A DNA stretch of 34,048 bases from Minisyncoccota bacterium (GCA_040880505.1 JBBDIH010000132.1:1-34048), one strand, 5' to 3'. Shown: positions 8,736 through 19,236, counted from the first letter of the stretch. Numbers and translations are program-made. Notes: a model not told the origin generated them from the letters alone.

Positions 8736-10115
8736 TTACAAATCATTGTTTGGCATATATTTGCTTTTGAATAACTCATGTCCCAAGATAACAAGCATGA
8801 TCATCAATCCTGAGATTTTAAACGATTGGGAAATAAAATTAGCCATATCTGCCCTGATACAGTAAATTGCCGTAGTGAGCATTAACAAATAAAAGATATA
8901 AAAATAAATTGAGTTGAATCGCTGGTTATAAAAAAAACAAATGATTGATGAAAATAAAGTCATTACCACTATCACCCCGGCTCCTCCACCAAGTAAAAAA
9001 CCCTGAGCAACAATACCGAATCCCCAACCTGAAGTACCTGAAAATCCATTAACCACTCTGAATGTTCCATTAAACCATTGAGTTGAGCTAAAAACATTCA
9101 GATCTGATAATAAAAAAGTGGGTGAAACAGCTCTCAAAAGATCCGTATATAAAAACATAAAATTGTGCTCTACTTCGTAAAGCATTAATGAGTACAAATT
9201 TCTAGAAGCAGATATAAATTCATTACTGAAAATCATTGCATAACCAAACTTTGGGAGGTTCAACTCACCACTCATTGTAACAGCTTTAAAGGCCTGAGAT
9301 ATGGGAACAAGAATAGCCACAGTTATAAGGACCATCATTAATATCAGAGGACTACCCTTTTGATTTTTATCAAAAAAAACAACAACAAATAAAAACAGAA
9401 TACGAAACAAGGCGTCTCTTTCACCCAATACCAAAACGAACAGTAACATAAACAGAGAAAGATAAACTATAAATGAATCTCTGTACAAAGATTTTTTTAA
9501 CCTGAGCAATCTTAGCGCAAAGATTACAGTAAGAAAAATGGTCGAAAAACTTCCAGTTAGTTTAAGTGGCTTGGAAATCCCAATCTTTGACGTTGCCCCA
9601 CTGGTTAAAACCGTGAACAATATGAATGCATTAATTAAGATCAATATAACAAGCACCAATTTTTCTGATAAAAAGAAATTGGTTTTTCCACGAGCCCACT
9701 CAAAAAATTTAATGCGTTTATTATTTACAGACTCATCGATTATTGCATTGGCCACTACAACAAAAGTAACCGCAGCTAAAAAGGAATAGTTAACGGATTG
9801 CTTTAAAATCAAAAGGTCAATTTCTAATACAGAATAATTTAGTAAGACAACCCTAATTGAATACCATGTTGAGTAGAAAAAAAATAAACCGAGAAACAAC
9901 ATCCTTGGGTCAGATAAAGTACCTCTATTGAATATGAATACAACAGAAATAACATATGTCAAGAATAATACAACTGATTCAATAACCCCTCCTATTAAAG
10001 TTGAAGCAACTAATAAAAAAACGGAATAGGGTACAAATAGAACCTTCTTTGTAGACATTGTCATTATATGACGCGAAATAATTGGATACTCAATTGGCAG
10101 GCTACTGATATTCAT
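8736..10115 (-). CDS. wzy: O-antigen/capsule repeat-unit polymerase Wzy
   Basis: About 11 hydrophobic segments, LGERD loop and a large periplasmic loop ending GWGFGIVAQGFL; lies among glycosyltransferases. True start may be 10064 or 10058. Confidence 0.72.
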   Translation of the reverse strand: MNISSLPIEYPIISRHIMTMSTKKVLFVPYSVFLLVASTLIGGVIESVVLFLTYVISVVFIFNRGTLSDPRMLFLGLFFFYSTWYSIRVVLLNYSVLEIDLLILKQSVNYSFLAAVTFVVVANAIIDESVNNKRIKFFEWARGKTNFFLSEKLVLVILILINAFILFTVLTSGATSKIGISKPLKLTGSFSTIFLTVIFALRLLRLKKSLYRDSFIVYLSLFMLLFVLVLGERDALFRILFLFVVVFFDKNQKGSPLILMMVLITVAILVPISQAFKAVTMSGELNLPKFGYAMIFSNEFISASRNLYSLMLYEVEHNFMFLYTDLLRAVSPTFLLSDLNVFSSTQWFNGTFRVVNGFSGTSGWGFGIVAQGFLLGGGAGVIVVMTLFSSIICFFYNQRFNSIYFYIFYLLMLTTAIYCIRADMANFISQSFKISGLMIMLVILGHELFKSKYMPNNDL

Positions 10116-10335
10116 TCTAAACCGTGTATGGATATTCCATATGGATGATTTGCAATGATAATATTAATTGCTCAACAGGATCATATTATTTGTAAAACTG
10201 TTAACCTTCATAAGTTTATTATCATGTTTAAATACTAATTTAAGTTCATTTTTTATTTTATGATAGAAAGTTGATATATTTTATTTCTTTTTCTTTTAGG
10301 AATTTTCAGATATTTGAAGATAAATCTCGAATGAA

Positions 10336-11301
10336 TTATCTAGTAAAAACACTGTTATTCCTGATTGAATAACCTGATAGTTGTGTAAATGAATGAGCTG
10401 GTAAGATAAGAATTGCTAATATTTTAAAGATCATGGTGAAATTCAAAGCGTAGAATCTTATTAAGAATATATTTTTCAAGCAGATCTTCTTATTCATTTT
10501 TCTAAAAGACAGTACACTTAACAATTTTCGATTATATAAAACAGAGAGATAGTACTTTTCTTTCAGTGATAAATTCTGATAACAAAATGTATCAATGGTA
10601 TCATTAACCGGGTGCTCGTTGCACATACTGCTTAGATTTGTCGTTACATCACTTTTCCCTTTAAAGTAGTTACTTGTAGCAGACGGTATGTAGAGAATTT
10701 TATATTTATTTAGTATCAATCGTAACCACGTATCAACATCACCCCCGTGACTGTACTTTTCGCTATCTGGAAATTTACCAATTTCAATCAATGCATTTTT
10801 TTTAATAACTATACTATTGGTATGTATAAAATCCTTCCTTGATAACATTTTCAGAGAGTCAATTCTTGTCAGAAGAGTCTTTGATTCAAAAAATGTTTTA
10901 TCGGAAAATGAATTGTTTTTTATTTCTTTAAAAGAAAATACGATGCAGTCTGGAGCTTTAACATCTTGAATATGCTTATGAGCCAGCTTCAAATGATTAG
11001 ATTCCCACTCATCATCTGCATCCAAAAAACAAATCCAGTTAGCAGCAGATTTTTCGATCCCCAAATTTCTCGCTGCATATCCTCCGGGCCCGGATTTGGA
11101 ACGGGTGAAAACACTTATCCGTGAATCGCTGAATTTTAATACTTCTTTGGTACTGTTGTCTGTTGATGGATCACAAACTATAATCAACTCAAAATCATCA
11201 AATTTCTGATCTAATACAGACTGAATAGTGTCTTTAATGTGCTCTTCCTTATTAAAAACAGGAATGATCACTGAGAAAAAAGGAGACTTATTTTCTGGCA
11301 T
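10336..11301 (-). CDS. GT2 glycosyltransferase
   Basis: FSVIIPVFNKE, STDNS, AARNLGI and FLDADD (DXD) motifs. Confidence 0.92.
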   Translation of the reverse strand: MPENKSPFFSVIIPVFNKEEHIKDTIQSVLDQKFDDFELIIVCDPSTDNSTKEVLKFSDSRISVFTRSKSGPGGYAARNLGIEKSAANWICFLDADDEWESNHLKLAHKHIQDVKAPDCIVFSFKEIKNNSFSDKTFFESKTLLTRIDSLKMLSRKDFIHTNSIVIKKNALIEIGKFPDSEKYSHGGDVDTWLRLILNKYKILYIPSATSNYFKGKSDVTTNLSSMCNEHPVNDTIDTFCYQNLSLKEKYYLSVLYNRKLLSVLSFRKMNKKICLKNIFLIRFYALNFTMIFKILAILILPAHSFTQLSGYSIRNNSVFTR

Positions 11302-11415
11302 ACTACAATATTATTGTATTGTTGATAATGAAAAATCTTAAAATTAATGATATTAATAAGTTAGAGTATCCTATATCCTCTCCCAACAGGTTAAACACTG
11401 AACTTGATCGCTATC

Positions 11416-11443
11416 TGAATTACTCCCCAATAAGTTAGACCAC
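11416..11443. mobile_element. Isolated IS3-family-like terminal inverted repeat
   Basis: tgaattactccccaataagttagaccac has the TG start, C-run and GTTAGAC layout recalled for IS3-family ends; no transposase is attached. Confidence 0.4.
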
Positions 11444-11542
11444 AGGATAAGCCATAAAAGTTTGAATTTAAGCTACACAGCGATACAGTTCAAATGGTTT
11501 TTTTAGTTAATATCCAGATGTACTGTAAGATTTTCTTTTTTT

Positions 11543-11676
11543 TGACCCTCTCAAAAGCAGAGAAGTGGGCTAATTTTTAAATGTATTGTTTTATGTGTTA
11601 CTTCGGGGTTTAACCATCAAGAGAACTGTGAGGATGGAAACTCTTATATTCTTCTATCCAAGCTTCAATTTTTAAA
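11543..11676 (-). mobile_element. IS3-family (IS407-group) right-end remnant
   Basis: Minus strand reads KIEAWIEEYKSFHPHSSLDG*TP (transposase C-terminus), clearly homologous in DNA to 25500-25566. The end tgacc...tcaaaagcagagaa matches tgacc...tcaaaagtaaagaa at 25420-25459. Confidence 0.72.
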
Positions 11677-11712
11677 CAACTTTTTTTTATAAGAATATGC
11701 TTTGTAAATTTT

Positions 11713-13071
11713 TCAATTTTTTGTTATCAACTCTTTTAACATCGAATACAATCTGTTAGAATCTTTTTCTGTACTTGAATACATCAAATCATTTGATTTG
11801 ATGTATTCTTTATAATAATCAACTCCTATTTTATTAATTAATATAGTGGGAATTCCAAACTGATAAGCCTCACCAGCCGACCCTGAAAATTGTGTTATGT
11901 GAACTTCGGTATGTAATAAAATTTCTGGCAAATGCAAATATGTCGCATCTTGAATATTTACCCTATCCAGTAAATTACATCTTTTAAGCCTATCTGATAT
12001 TAGATTTTCATCATCTATTTGTCGTGGATGCAATCTAAACCACCAATTCCAGTTATCATCAGATTTCTTTACAGTATCAATTAAGAAATCCTCAATAGGA
12101 TCATTTAAAGGTTGTAATGTATAAAGTATAATATTTTCAGGCCATTCATAATCACTTTCAACAAACTTATTTTTTTTCCATCCCTCTACCCATGGATTAC
12201 CAAAAACCACTGCTGAATGCTTTTTGTTCTTCAATGCCCATGTATTGATATGGTTGGCAGATGATGCGTCCCAGGTATAAAAATAATTGGGTAGTGCTTC
12301 ATAACCCTCTTTTGGCACCTTTGTCCATGAATTATATGCCAAATGATTCTCTCCCTGCCCTCCGTGTTGGAGATCAATTGTAGGAATACTCAGTTTATCT
12401 GCTGCAATTAACATACCTAACACCTCATAAGAATAGTACCACAAAACCCATATCTGCTCAGGATTTAATCTTTTGAAAAGTATCAAATATATAAAATATG
12501 AAGAATCAACATCTATAACTGATTTTTTGAGTTTCTCTTTAATTTCATCAACGCGTACATTCTCATTTTTTAAAATATCACATAGTTTATCAACATAATT
12601 ATGTGACTTTGATTGACTTTTAAAAAATTTGTTAAAACCACTAAATACTTTAAAAATTGATTTCGTCAATAAGTGTCGTTCTGGTTTATATACTCCATTT
12701 TTTGAGTCAGATTTACTGAGATAAATGCTTGAAAATGTATTAGCATCCATCAAAGGATCGAAGTATCTGTTATACATGTATCCCTTGTAGTTTACACAAT
12801 ATGTTGTTGCTCCAACATATAAATATTTTGTATTTTTACGATATTGTAAAATGTCTTTCGTATGTAAAAAACATAGCAATAGTGACTTTAAATAATTCTG
12901 CTTAGTTTTTTTATACTGTTTTTGGTGTTTAATCAATCTATTTACCAGAATCATATACAAAGCTATTCTCAATACAGGCCAAATCTTATAACCATTATGT
13001 ACCCATGAATTTACATCATAATTCTGTTCAATTTTTACGATTAATTTCTTTATGACCTCTCTATTGTTCAT
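11713..13071 (-). CDS. Putative GT-B nonulosonate (sialyl/legionaminyl) transferase or capsule biosynthesis protein
   Basis: DLQHG, FYTWD, VFGNPW, FRLHP and FSGSAGEAYQFGIPT motifs resemble GT-B CMP-sugar or glycerophosphate transferases; located just downstream of the leg pathway. Confidence 0.55.
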   Translation of the reverse strand: MNNREVIKKLIVKIEQNYDVNSWVHNGYKIWPVLRIALYMILVNRLIKHQKQYKKTKQNYLKSLLLCFLHTKDILQYRKNTKYLYVGATTYCVNYKGYMYNRYFDPLMDANTFSSIYLSKSDSKNGVYKPERHLLTKSIFKVFSGFNKFFKSQSKSHNYVDKLCDILKNENVRVDEIKEKLKKSVIDVDSSYFIYLILFKRLNPEQIWVLWYYSYEVLGMLIAADKLSIPTIDLQHGGQGENHLAYNSWTKVPKEGYEALPNYFYTWDASSANHINTWALKNKKHSAVVFGNPWVEGWKKNKFVESDYEWPENIILYTLQPLNDPIEDFLIDTVKKSDDNWNWWFRLHPRQIDDENLISDRLKRCNLLDRVNIQDATYLHLPEILLHTEVHITQFSGSAGEAYQFGIPTILINKIGVDYYKEYIKSNDLMYSSTEKDSNRLYSMLKELITKN

Positions 13072-13179
13072 CTTACTTTTAGTTGAGAATTGAAAATTCT
13101 AGCTTTGCAAACGTTTTTAATTCTTTCATTATATATTAGATTTTATCTTCTAAAGATAATAAAGGAGCTTCAAAATACC

Positions 13180-13469
13180 CTATTTGATACTATCAAATAT
13201 TTTGTAGACATCCTTCGACTCACTATTAATAGATAATGATTTAAAAATCACAAGCCTGTCTAAACTACTTTTTTCAAGATATTTGCGGCAGTCTTGCAGG
13301 CAACTGTGTCTCTTGCTAAAACGTAGTTTGACAAAACACCCCACTTTACAACCTCTGGGCCATAGCAACTCTCATATGCAATTGCACCATTTGTGCCTAT
13401 AAAATAATCAGGAAGTATATCTGGAAATTTAGGATTTGGTTTAGAACCTGCTATTACTACAACACTCAT
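13180..13469 (-). pseudogene. Frameshifted, truncated gene fragment with a CstII/MAF-like Rossmann N-terminus
   Basis: MSVVVIAGSKPNP...DYFIGTNGA continues after a frameshift at the A6 run (13269-13274) into SSLDRLVIFKS...DSIK*, then meets further stops. Confidence 0.5.
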
Positions 13470-13607
13470 GTTCTATTCAAATTTTTTGGGTGGTTTGATA
13501 AATTTTGATTGATTCATTACGAATTTTCAAACCCGGTTAATAACTTGTGTCAGTTTCGAACACCTAAAAAAGTCCAACTTGATTAAATAACTGATTGATC
13601 TCCTTTA

Positions 13608-14306
13608 TCACCGCTCCATCTTTTGGTATTTCTTTATCAGGATCTCTAATATTTCCCAATCAAACTCTGTATCCACATCAATCGAATATTCTGGTCGCAT
13701 TTCATACCTGACCACTTTTTTGAAATCGTTTGGCTGACTCTTCTTCAATGATTCAACATTCATAATATAAATGGCACCATTCAATTCCCAAACTTTGGGT
13801 GCATCTTGCTTTCTTGTGTAATTTCCCTTCTTGGATTTTTCAAGGTAACCCTCATCATTCTCTTCATATAATACGAAGTAAGGATTTACGTCCGTTTCTT
13901 TTACAGAAACAACCATATCTAAACTCTTTTGATACAAATCAAGTGCTTCTTTAATGTGTGTTGAATTTCTTAGTGGCGATGTTGGCTGCAGTAAGATGAT
14001 AACATTCGCATCATAAGATTTTATGTCTTTGTAATAATGATATGCATGTAATAATACACTTCTGGAATCTGCAGTATCGGAAGCCAACTCTTTTGGCCGG
14101 AGAAATGGAACTCTTAATCCGGTTTGCTCAGAAACTTGTTTAATCTCCTCATCATCCGTGGAAACACAAATTACATCATCATGAAAAGCTTCCTTGGCTG
14201 CTTCAATGGTGTAATGTATCAATGGCTTAAGATTTAATAACTTTATATTTTTGCCAGGAAGTCTCTTTGATCCTCCACGTGCAGATATAACAACTAAAGG
14301 TTTCAC
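13608..14306 (-). CDS. neuA: CMP-nonulosonic acid synthetase (acylneuraminate cytidylyltransferase, NeuA/LegF)
   Basis: ARGGSKRLPGKNIK, LLQPTSPLR, NGAIY and SIDVDT motifs. Confidence 0.92.
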   Translation of the reverse strand: MKPLVVISARGGSKRLPGKNIKLLNLKPLIHYTIEAAKEAFHDDVICVSTDDEEIKQVSEQTGLRVPFLRPKELASDTADSRSVLLHAYHYYKDIKSYDANVIILLQPTSPLRNSTHIKEALDLYQKSLDMVVSVKETDVNPYFVLYEENDEGYLEKSKKGNYTRKQDAPKVWELNGAIYIMNVESLKKSQPNDFKKVVRYEMRPEYSIDVDTEFDWEILEILIKKYQKMER

Positions 14307-15353
14307 TTAAAATTTCACAGTTTTAATATCTCTTTGCGCCTTTTCATAATCCTCTGGCTTGCCAATATCCAGCCAATACCCATTTAAAGGATAGGATAGA
14401 ACTTTTTTCCCCTCTCCAATGAGCTTTTCCATTAGATCGGTGGCGTTAAAGAAGGTGTTTTTTGGAATTCGATGCGTTACATCTCGTTTCATCAGGTAGA
14501 TGCCCCCATTAGAGTAGTAGGTGTAACTCGGCTTTTCCTTGAAGCTTAGCACATGACCATTGCTGGTTTCAAGGACCGCATAGGGGACGTCCACTTTATA
14601 AGGAATGGTCAAAACAGCTAAATCTGCATCTTCTTCAAGGAACTTTAAAAAGAAATCTTCATAATCCAGATTGGTTAAAATATCTGAGTTGGTCACCAAT
14701 ACAAAATCATGAATGAAGTTCTCTATTATGGATACTGAACCAATCGTTCCCAATGGCTCATCCTCCCACACATATTGGATTTGAAGGTTTCTCCCATTCC
14801 CATTATTGAAGTACGATTCAATCTGATCACCCAAATAATTCACTGAAATCCAGAAATCATCCATTCCAAACTGGGATAATCGATGGATATTATGCTCCAA
14901 AATGGTTTTATCTCCTACCTTTAGTAAAGGTTTTGGAGTGTTTTCCGTTAGCGGACGAAGACGAGTTCCCTTTCCACCGGCCATCACTACCACATCAATG
15001 GGTAGGTAGGATTTCAGCACTCCGAAATTGATCACATTTACCACACGATCATGTTGATCCAGAATCGGGATGACTTTAAAGTTATTCTCTCTGTATTGAA
15101 TGACTTTCTCTATATCTCTTTCCCCTTTCCTTAAAAATTTTGGATCTTTCTGAATGATATCATCTACAGGTTGTTCCAGCTCTACTCCATTGATCATCCC
15201 CCGTCTGATATCACCGTCCGTCAATGACCCGATCAGCTTTTCTTGTTCATTAACCACAAAACTGATGGCATCTTTGGCCAGTTTATCCAATACTTTTAGT
15301 GCTTCACGTATCGTGGTGCCGGATGGAATTAAATGTTCTCTATAGTGTCTCAT
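14307..15353 (-). CDS. CBS-domain nucleotidyltransferase of the legionaminic acid pathway (PtmE-like)
   Basis: N-terminal CBS pair (GSLTDGDIRR), then MAGGKGTRLRPLT...PKPLL and WLDIGKPEDY. Confidence 0.88.
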   Translation of the reverse strand: MRHYREHLIPSGTTIREALKVLDKLAKDAISFVVNEQEKLIGSLTDGDIRRGMINGVELEQPVDDIIQKDPKFLRKGERDIEKVIQYRENNFKVIPILDQHDRVVNVINFGVLKSYLPIDVVVMAGGKGTRLRPLTENTPKPLLKVGDKTILEHNIHRLSQFGMDDFWISVNYLGDQIESYFNNGNGRNLQIQYVWEDEPLGTIGSVSIIENFIHDFVLVTNSDILTNLDYEDFFLKFLEEDADLAVLTIPYKVDVPYAVLETSNGHVLSFKEKPSYTYYSNGGIYLMKRDVTHRIPKNTFFNATDLMEKLIGEGKKVLSYPLNGYWLDIGKPEDYEKAQRDIKTVKF

Positions 15354-16452
15354 AGTATTTCATTAAAACTTCTATGATATTATCAGCGGTTTTTTCCTTT
15401 TTATAAATATTTGTACCGCTGTAAGCTCCATATTTTGCAGCTTTTCTAACGGATTCTGTTATTTCATCAGCTTTAAAAGTGCAATCAATGACGTTTTCAC
15501 TTCTCGCTCTGCCCTTTTGTCTGTCTCCAACATTCACAACATACTTACCAAATGTTGCTGCTTCAAGAATACCACTTGAACTGTTTCCGACTATCAATTC
15601 AGCATATTTCATCGCATTGAAATACCCATTTTTGCCGAAGTTTTCAATGGTTTTCATCTTCTCAAAAAGAGCGGGTTGAAGTTCCTGATAGGCATCCCGA
15701 AATAAATTTCCATCTGTATCAGCATTGGGCATTGTTACAATTAAAAAGTAATCCTTACTCAGCTCTACAAGTGCTTCCTTTATTTTCTCTGCATTTAATC
15801 GATTCCTTTGAGGCAGAATGGTTTCAGGATGAAAAGTGATAAGCAGATATGGATGATCAGGGATATTATACTTGTTTTTGAATTTGGCTTCATCCTCAAA
15901 TTTAAAATCTTCGATTCTATCCAAACTCAACGAACCCACATTATAAACAAGATCAATTTTACCAGTTAATGCAACAATCTTATCTCTGTACACTTCTGTA
16001 GATGCAAAATGTATATCAGATGCCAATGTGATTTGATGTCTGAAAACATCGTCAATAGCTCCCAATGTAGTTTCTCCTCCATGTAAGTGAGCGAATTTAA
16101 CACCAAATGGAATCCCGGCCTGAACCGCAGCCGACATCTCAAAACGATCGCCCAAACAGATGACCAGATCGAATGAATTTTGATTCCAATAATCTGAAAA
16201 TTTAATGACGGTTAACCCATAACTGGATGCTATTCCGGCTGCATCATCATTTACCAATAGCGAATTGATTACATCTATATTCTTATAGCCTGAATCCTGA
16301 ATTTCTGTAACAGTATATCCATGATGTGGTGATCCATGAGTGCCAAATGCTATTATGGTTAAATCAAAGAAAGAATCACGATTTAATCTTTCAAGCAGTG
16401 GAGTATATATCCCAAAATCTGCCCTGGAGCTTGTAAGTACCCCAATCTTCAT
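15340..16452 (-). CDS. neuC: Hydrolysing NDP-sugar 2-epimerase (NeuC/LegG)
   Basis: TSSRADFG, LGDRFE, HLHGGE, TFHPET, GNSSSG and GDRQKGR motifs. Confidence 0.92.
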   Translation of the reverse strand: MKIGVLTSSRADFGIYTPLLERLNRDSFFDLTIIAFGTHGSPHHGYTVTEIQDSGYKNIDVINSLLVNDDAAGIASSYGLTVIKFSDYWNQNSFDLVICLGDRFEMSAAVQAGIPFGVKFAHLHGGETTLGAIDDVFRHQITLASDIHFASTEVYRDKIVALTGKIDLVYNVGSLSLDRIEDFKFEDEAKFKNKYNIPDHPYLLITFHPETILPQRNRLNAEKIKEALVELSKDYFLIVTMPNADTDGNLFRDAYQELQPALFEKMKTIENFGKNGYFNAMKYAELIVGNSSSGILEAATFGKYVVNVGDRQKGRARSENVIDCTFKADEITESVRKAAKYGAYSGTNIYKKEKTADNIIEVLMKYYETL

Positions 16453-17477
16453 AGTAACGAGTCCTCATTTAAGATCTCATATGAATCATAATCCTGATTC
16501 ACCACTTTTCCAATAACCTTATCCCATTCCATGGGAGAAATTCCATTCCCGGGACGAAGTGCAATGATATCGTTTTGTGTAATCACCTGACCTTCCTTCA
16601 ATGGATGTTTTGCATGAATGCTTTTTCTGGCAACCTCTCTGTTTTTCAGTTCACTTGGGCTGGGTTCCTTTTTCCCATTCCCGGAAACAGCTTTTTCAGT
16701 ATTCCGTATGGCTGAAACCATTGCCTTCAGTTCATCCGGCTCTAAGGATGCTCTATGATCTGGTCCCGGAAGATTTCGATCGAGAGTAAAATGTTTCTCA
16801 ATAACCCTGGCTCCTAAAGCCACAGCCGCAATGGGAACTTCGATACCTAATGTATGATCAGAATAACCTACCTGAATCCCTAATTCTTTACCTATGGTAT
16901 TCATCGCCTTCAAATTAACATCCATCATTGGAGTTGGGTATTCGGTATTGCAATGCAAAACTGTAATTTTATTTTGATCCAATCCATTCACAGTTAAAAC
17001 TTCAATTGCAGCCTTGATTTCATCCATATCCGCCATTCCTGTAGATAGAATCACCGGTTTGCCTTTCTCAGCCAGTTTTTTAAGGTATGGATAGTTTGTA
17101 ATCTCCCCTGATGGGCTCTTAAAAAAAAGTAATTCTAATTGATCCAGATAATCAATACCATCGACATCAAAAGCGGTCGAAAGAAATTGAATCTTCCGCT
17201 TCCTGCACTCGTCCATCAGTACGAGATGATCTTCATGCCTCAGTTCAAGAGATTTTAGCATATTGTACTGGCTCTCATCTCCGTCTGCCATATTCTCTAC
17301 TTGATAGTTAGCCTTTTTAGCAGTTTGACTTACCAGTTTATCCGCATTAAAGGTTTGAAACTTGACAACATCTGCACCGGCACTTGCAGCGATATCAATC
17401 AGTTCAATGGCTTTCTTGATATCTCCATTATGATTCACACCGGCTTCTGCGATAATCAGCACTCTATTATAATTCAT
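16449..17477 (-). CDS. neuB: Nonulosonic acid synthase with C-terminal SAF/AFP domain (NeuB/LegI)
   Basis: IIAEAGVNHNG, KFQTF, LHCNTEYP, GYSDHTLG, IEKHFTLD, GPDH and RPGNGISP motifs. Confidence 0.93.
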   Translation of the reverse strand: MNYNRVLIIAEAGVNHNGDIKKAIELIDIAASAGADVVKFQTFNADKLVSQTAKKANYQVENMADGDESQYNMLKSLELRHEDHLVLMDECRKRKIQFLSTAFDVDGIDYLDQLELLFFKSPSGEITNYPYLKKLAEKGKPVILSTGMADMDEIKAAIEVLTVNGLDQNKITVLHCNTEYPTPMMDVNLKAMNTIGKELGIQVGYSDHTLGIEVPIAAVALGARVIEKHFTLDRNLPGPDHRASLEPDELKAMVSAIRNTEKAVSGNGKKEPSPSELKNREVARKSIHAKHPLKEGQVITQNDIIALRPGNGISPMEWDKVIGKVVNQDYDSYEILNEDSLL

Positions 17478-18091
17478 AAAATTCTGCCAGGATTGCCAAC
17501 AACTCTCGTATTGTTCGGTACATTTTTTAAAACTACACTTCCAGCTCCAATCACAACATGATCTCCAATGATTATACCCTCTTTAATAACAGAGTTTGCG
17601 CCAATAAAAGAGCACTTACCCACTTTTACATTTCCCGCTAAAACAGCTCCGGGAGCAACATGAGCATAATCATCAATAATACATTCATGCTCAATCACTG
17701 ATGAAGTATTCAGTATCACTGCATCTCCAATCTTTGCCAAAGCATTTACCTGAACACCTGAAGAGATAAATGTTCCCATTCCAACAACAGCTTTTTTTGA
17801 TATTGTGGTATTTGGATGGATTACGGTGACAAGTATTTCATTCCTTTTTTTCAGGTTAGCTGTGATCCCGGATCGAATGTCATTATCTCCAATACCCAAT
17901 ATAAATGAGTAGTTTTTATTCCATCCATTAAAATCAGAATCATCTTCAAAACCTAAATAGCTTAGGCTATATGGATCAACCTTCATCATCTCTTTTTCCG
18001 CATATCCGAAGACTTTAATTCCAGACTCAACTGCTGCGTCTAAAACTACATAAGCGTGTCCTGAATATCCTATGATTACATATTTACTCAT
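17474..18091 (-). CDS. NeuD/PglD-family sugar acetyltransferase (hexapeptide repeat; LegH role)
   Basis: IIGYSGHA, GIGDNDIR, IEHEC, hexapeptide repeats, VVGNPGR. Confidence 0.88.
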   Translation of the reverse strand: MSKYVIIGYSGHAYVVLDAAVESGIKVFGYAEKEMMKVDPYSLSYLGFEDDSDFNGWNKNYSFILGIGDNDIRSGITANLKKRNEILVTVIHPNTTISKKAVVGMGTFISSGVQVNALAKIGDAVILNTSSVIEHECIIDDYAHVAPGAVLAGNVKVGKCSFIGANSVIKEGIIIGDHVVIGAGSVVLKNVPNNTRVVGNPGRIL

Positions 18092-19236
18092 TCAATGATC
18101 ACACTACTTGGGATATTCACAATCCGTTCACTTAAATACTCGGCATTTTTTTGTTCATCACGCTGGCAATGAACATACATCGGGAGTTTAAACATGAGCT
18201 CCCAAACTGGACGAGTCATGATTCCCTGCTTGTTTGTTTGCTTTAAAAATTGATCCCTTTCATGACGATCACTCAACTCAACACACATTAACCAGTAATT
18301 GGACCGGCAGTTTGGTGGTTCTATTTTAAATTTATGGTTAACCAATGTAAAAAATTCTTCATAAAGGCTGGCTAATTCACGTTTTTTTTCTATAAACATG
18401 TCCAACTTCTCCAACTGAGCACATACTAAAGCCGCATTCAGATTGGGCATTCGATAATTATAACCAATCTCATCATGAAGATATTCATAGGGATGTGGAC
18501 ATTTGGCTGTAGTGGTGAGATGTTTCGCCTGATCCCCCAGTTCCCTGTTGTTTGTGACAATTGCCCCGCCACCACCTGCAGTTACAATTTTATTACCGTT
18601 GAAAGAATAGACACCAAGCTGTCCAAAACTTCCTGTGGGTTTGCCATGATAGAGGGATCCTAATGATTCTGCTGCATCTTCTACAATTGGTATGTTCCAT
18701 TTTTCACACACATCTATTAATTCACTCAAATGAACCGGGAAACCATAGGTATGCATGGGAACACATGCAGCTATCCGTTTGCCAGTTCTTTTATTGTAGC
18801 AGGTATCATCACGTAACACCCCGTACTCATCCAGAAACTCCTTTATTGCCTTAGCTGAAAGCCCCATAGTGTCCAAGTCCACATCCAAGAACAATGGTTC
18901 TGCACCATTGTAGACAATCGCGTTGGCTGTCGCCACAAATGTAAGAGCCTGCGTGATGACTTCATCTCCACTTCTCACACCGGACAGCCTAAGTGCGACT
19001 TGAAGTGCAGAGGTCCCATTAACAACCGCCACCGCTCTTTGAGTTTGAGAAATTTCTGCCATCATCAGCTCAAATCTGTCCACATATGCTCCAACTGATG
19101 AAACAAACGTGGAATCAATTGTATCCAACAGGTATTTCTTTTCATTACCCATAAATCTTGGTTCATGAATAGGGATTTCATCATTGGTACCATACGTATG
19201 GCGAACAAAATCAATAAATGAATTCGTAATTTCCAT
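18088..19236 (-). CDS. legC: LegC-family PLP-dependent aminotransferase (DegT/DnrJ/EryC1/StrS)
   Basis: IPIHEP, FVSSVG, EDAAESLGS, SFNGNKIVT and GYNYRMPNLNAA motifs. Confidence 0.92.
   Translation of the reverse strand: MEITNSFIDFVRHTYGTNDEIPIHEPRFMGNEKKYLLDTIDSTFVSSVGAYVDRFELMMAEISQTQRAVAVVNGTSALQVALRLSGVRSGDEVITQALTFVATANAIVYNGAEPLFLDVDLDTMGLSAKAIKEFLDEYGVLRDDTCYNKRTGKRIAACVPMHTYGFPVHLSELIDVCEKWNIPIVEDAAESLGSLYHGKPTGSFGQLGVYSFNGNKIVTAGGGGAIVTNNRELGDQAKHLTTTAKCPHPYEYLHDEIGYNYRMPNLNAALVCAQLEKLDMFIEKKRELASLYEEFFTLVNHKFKIEPPNCRSNYWLMCVELSDRHERDQFLKQTNKQGIMTRPVWELMFKLPMYVHCQRDEQKNAEYLSERIVNIPSSVIIE

Noticed and set aside
13530-13590. Possible IS terminal repeat (taacttgtgtcagtttc...)
   Set aside because: Vaguely IS-end-like and shares taacttgtgtc with 30955-30965, but there is no partner repeat or transposase fragment to support it.
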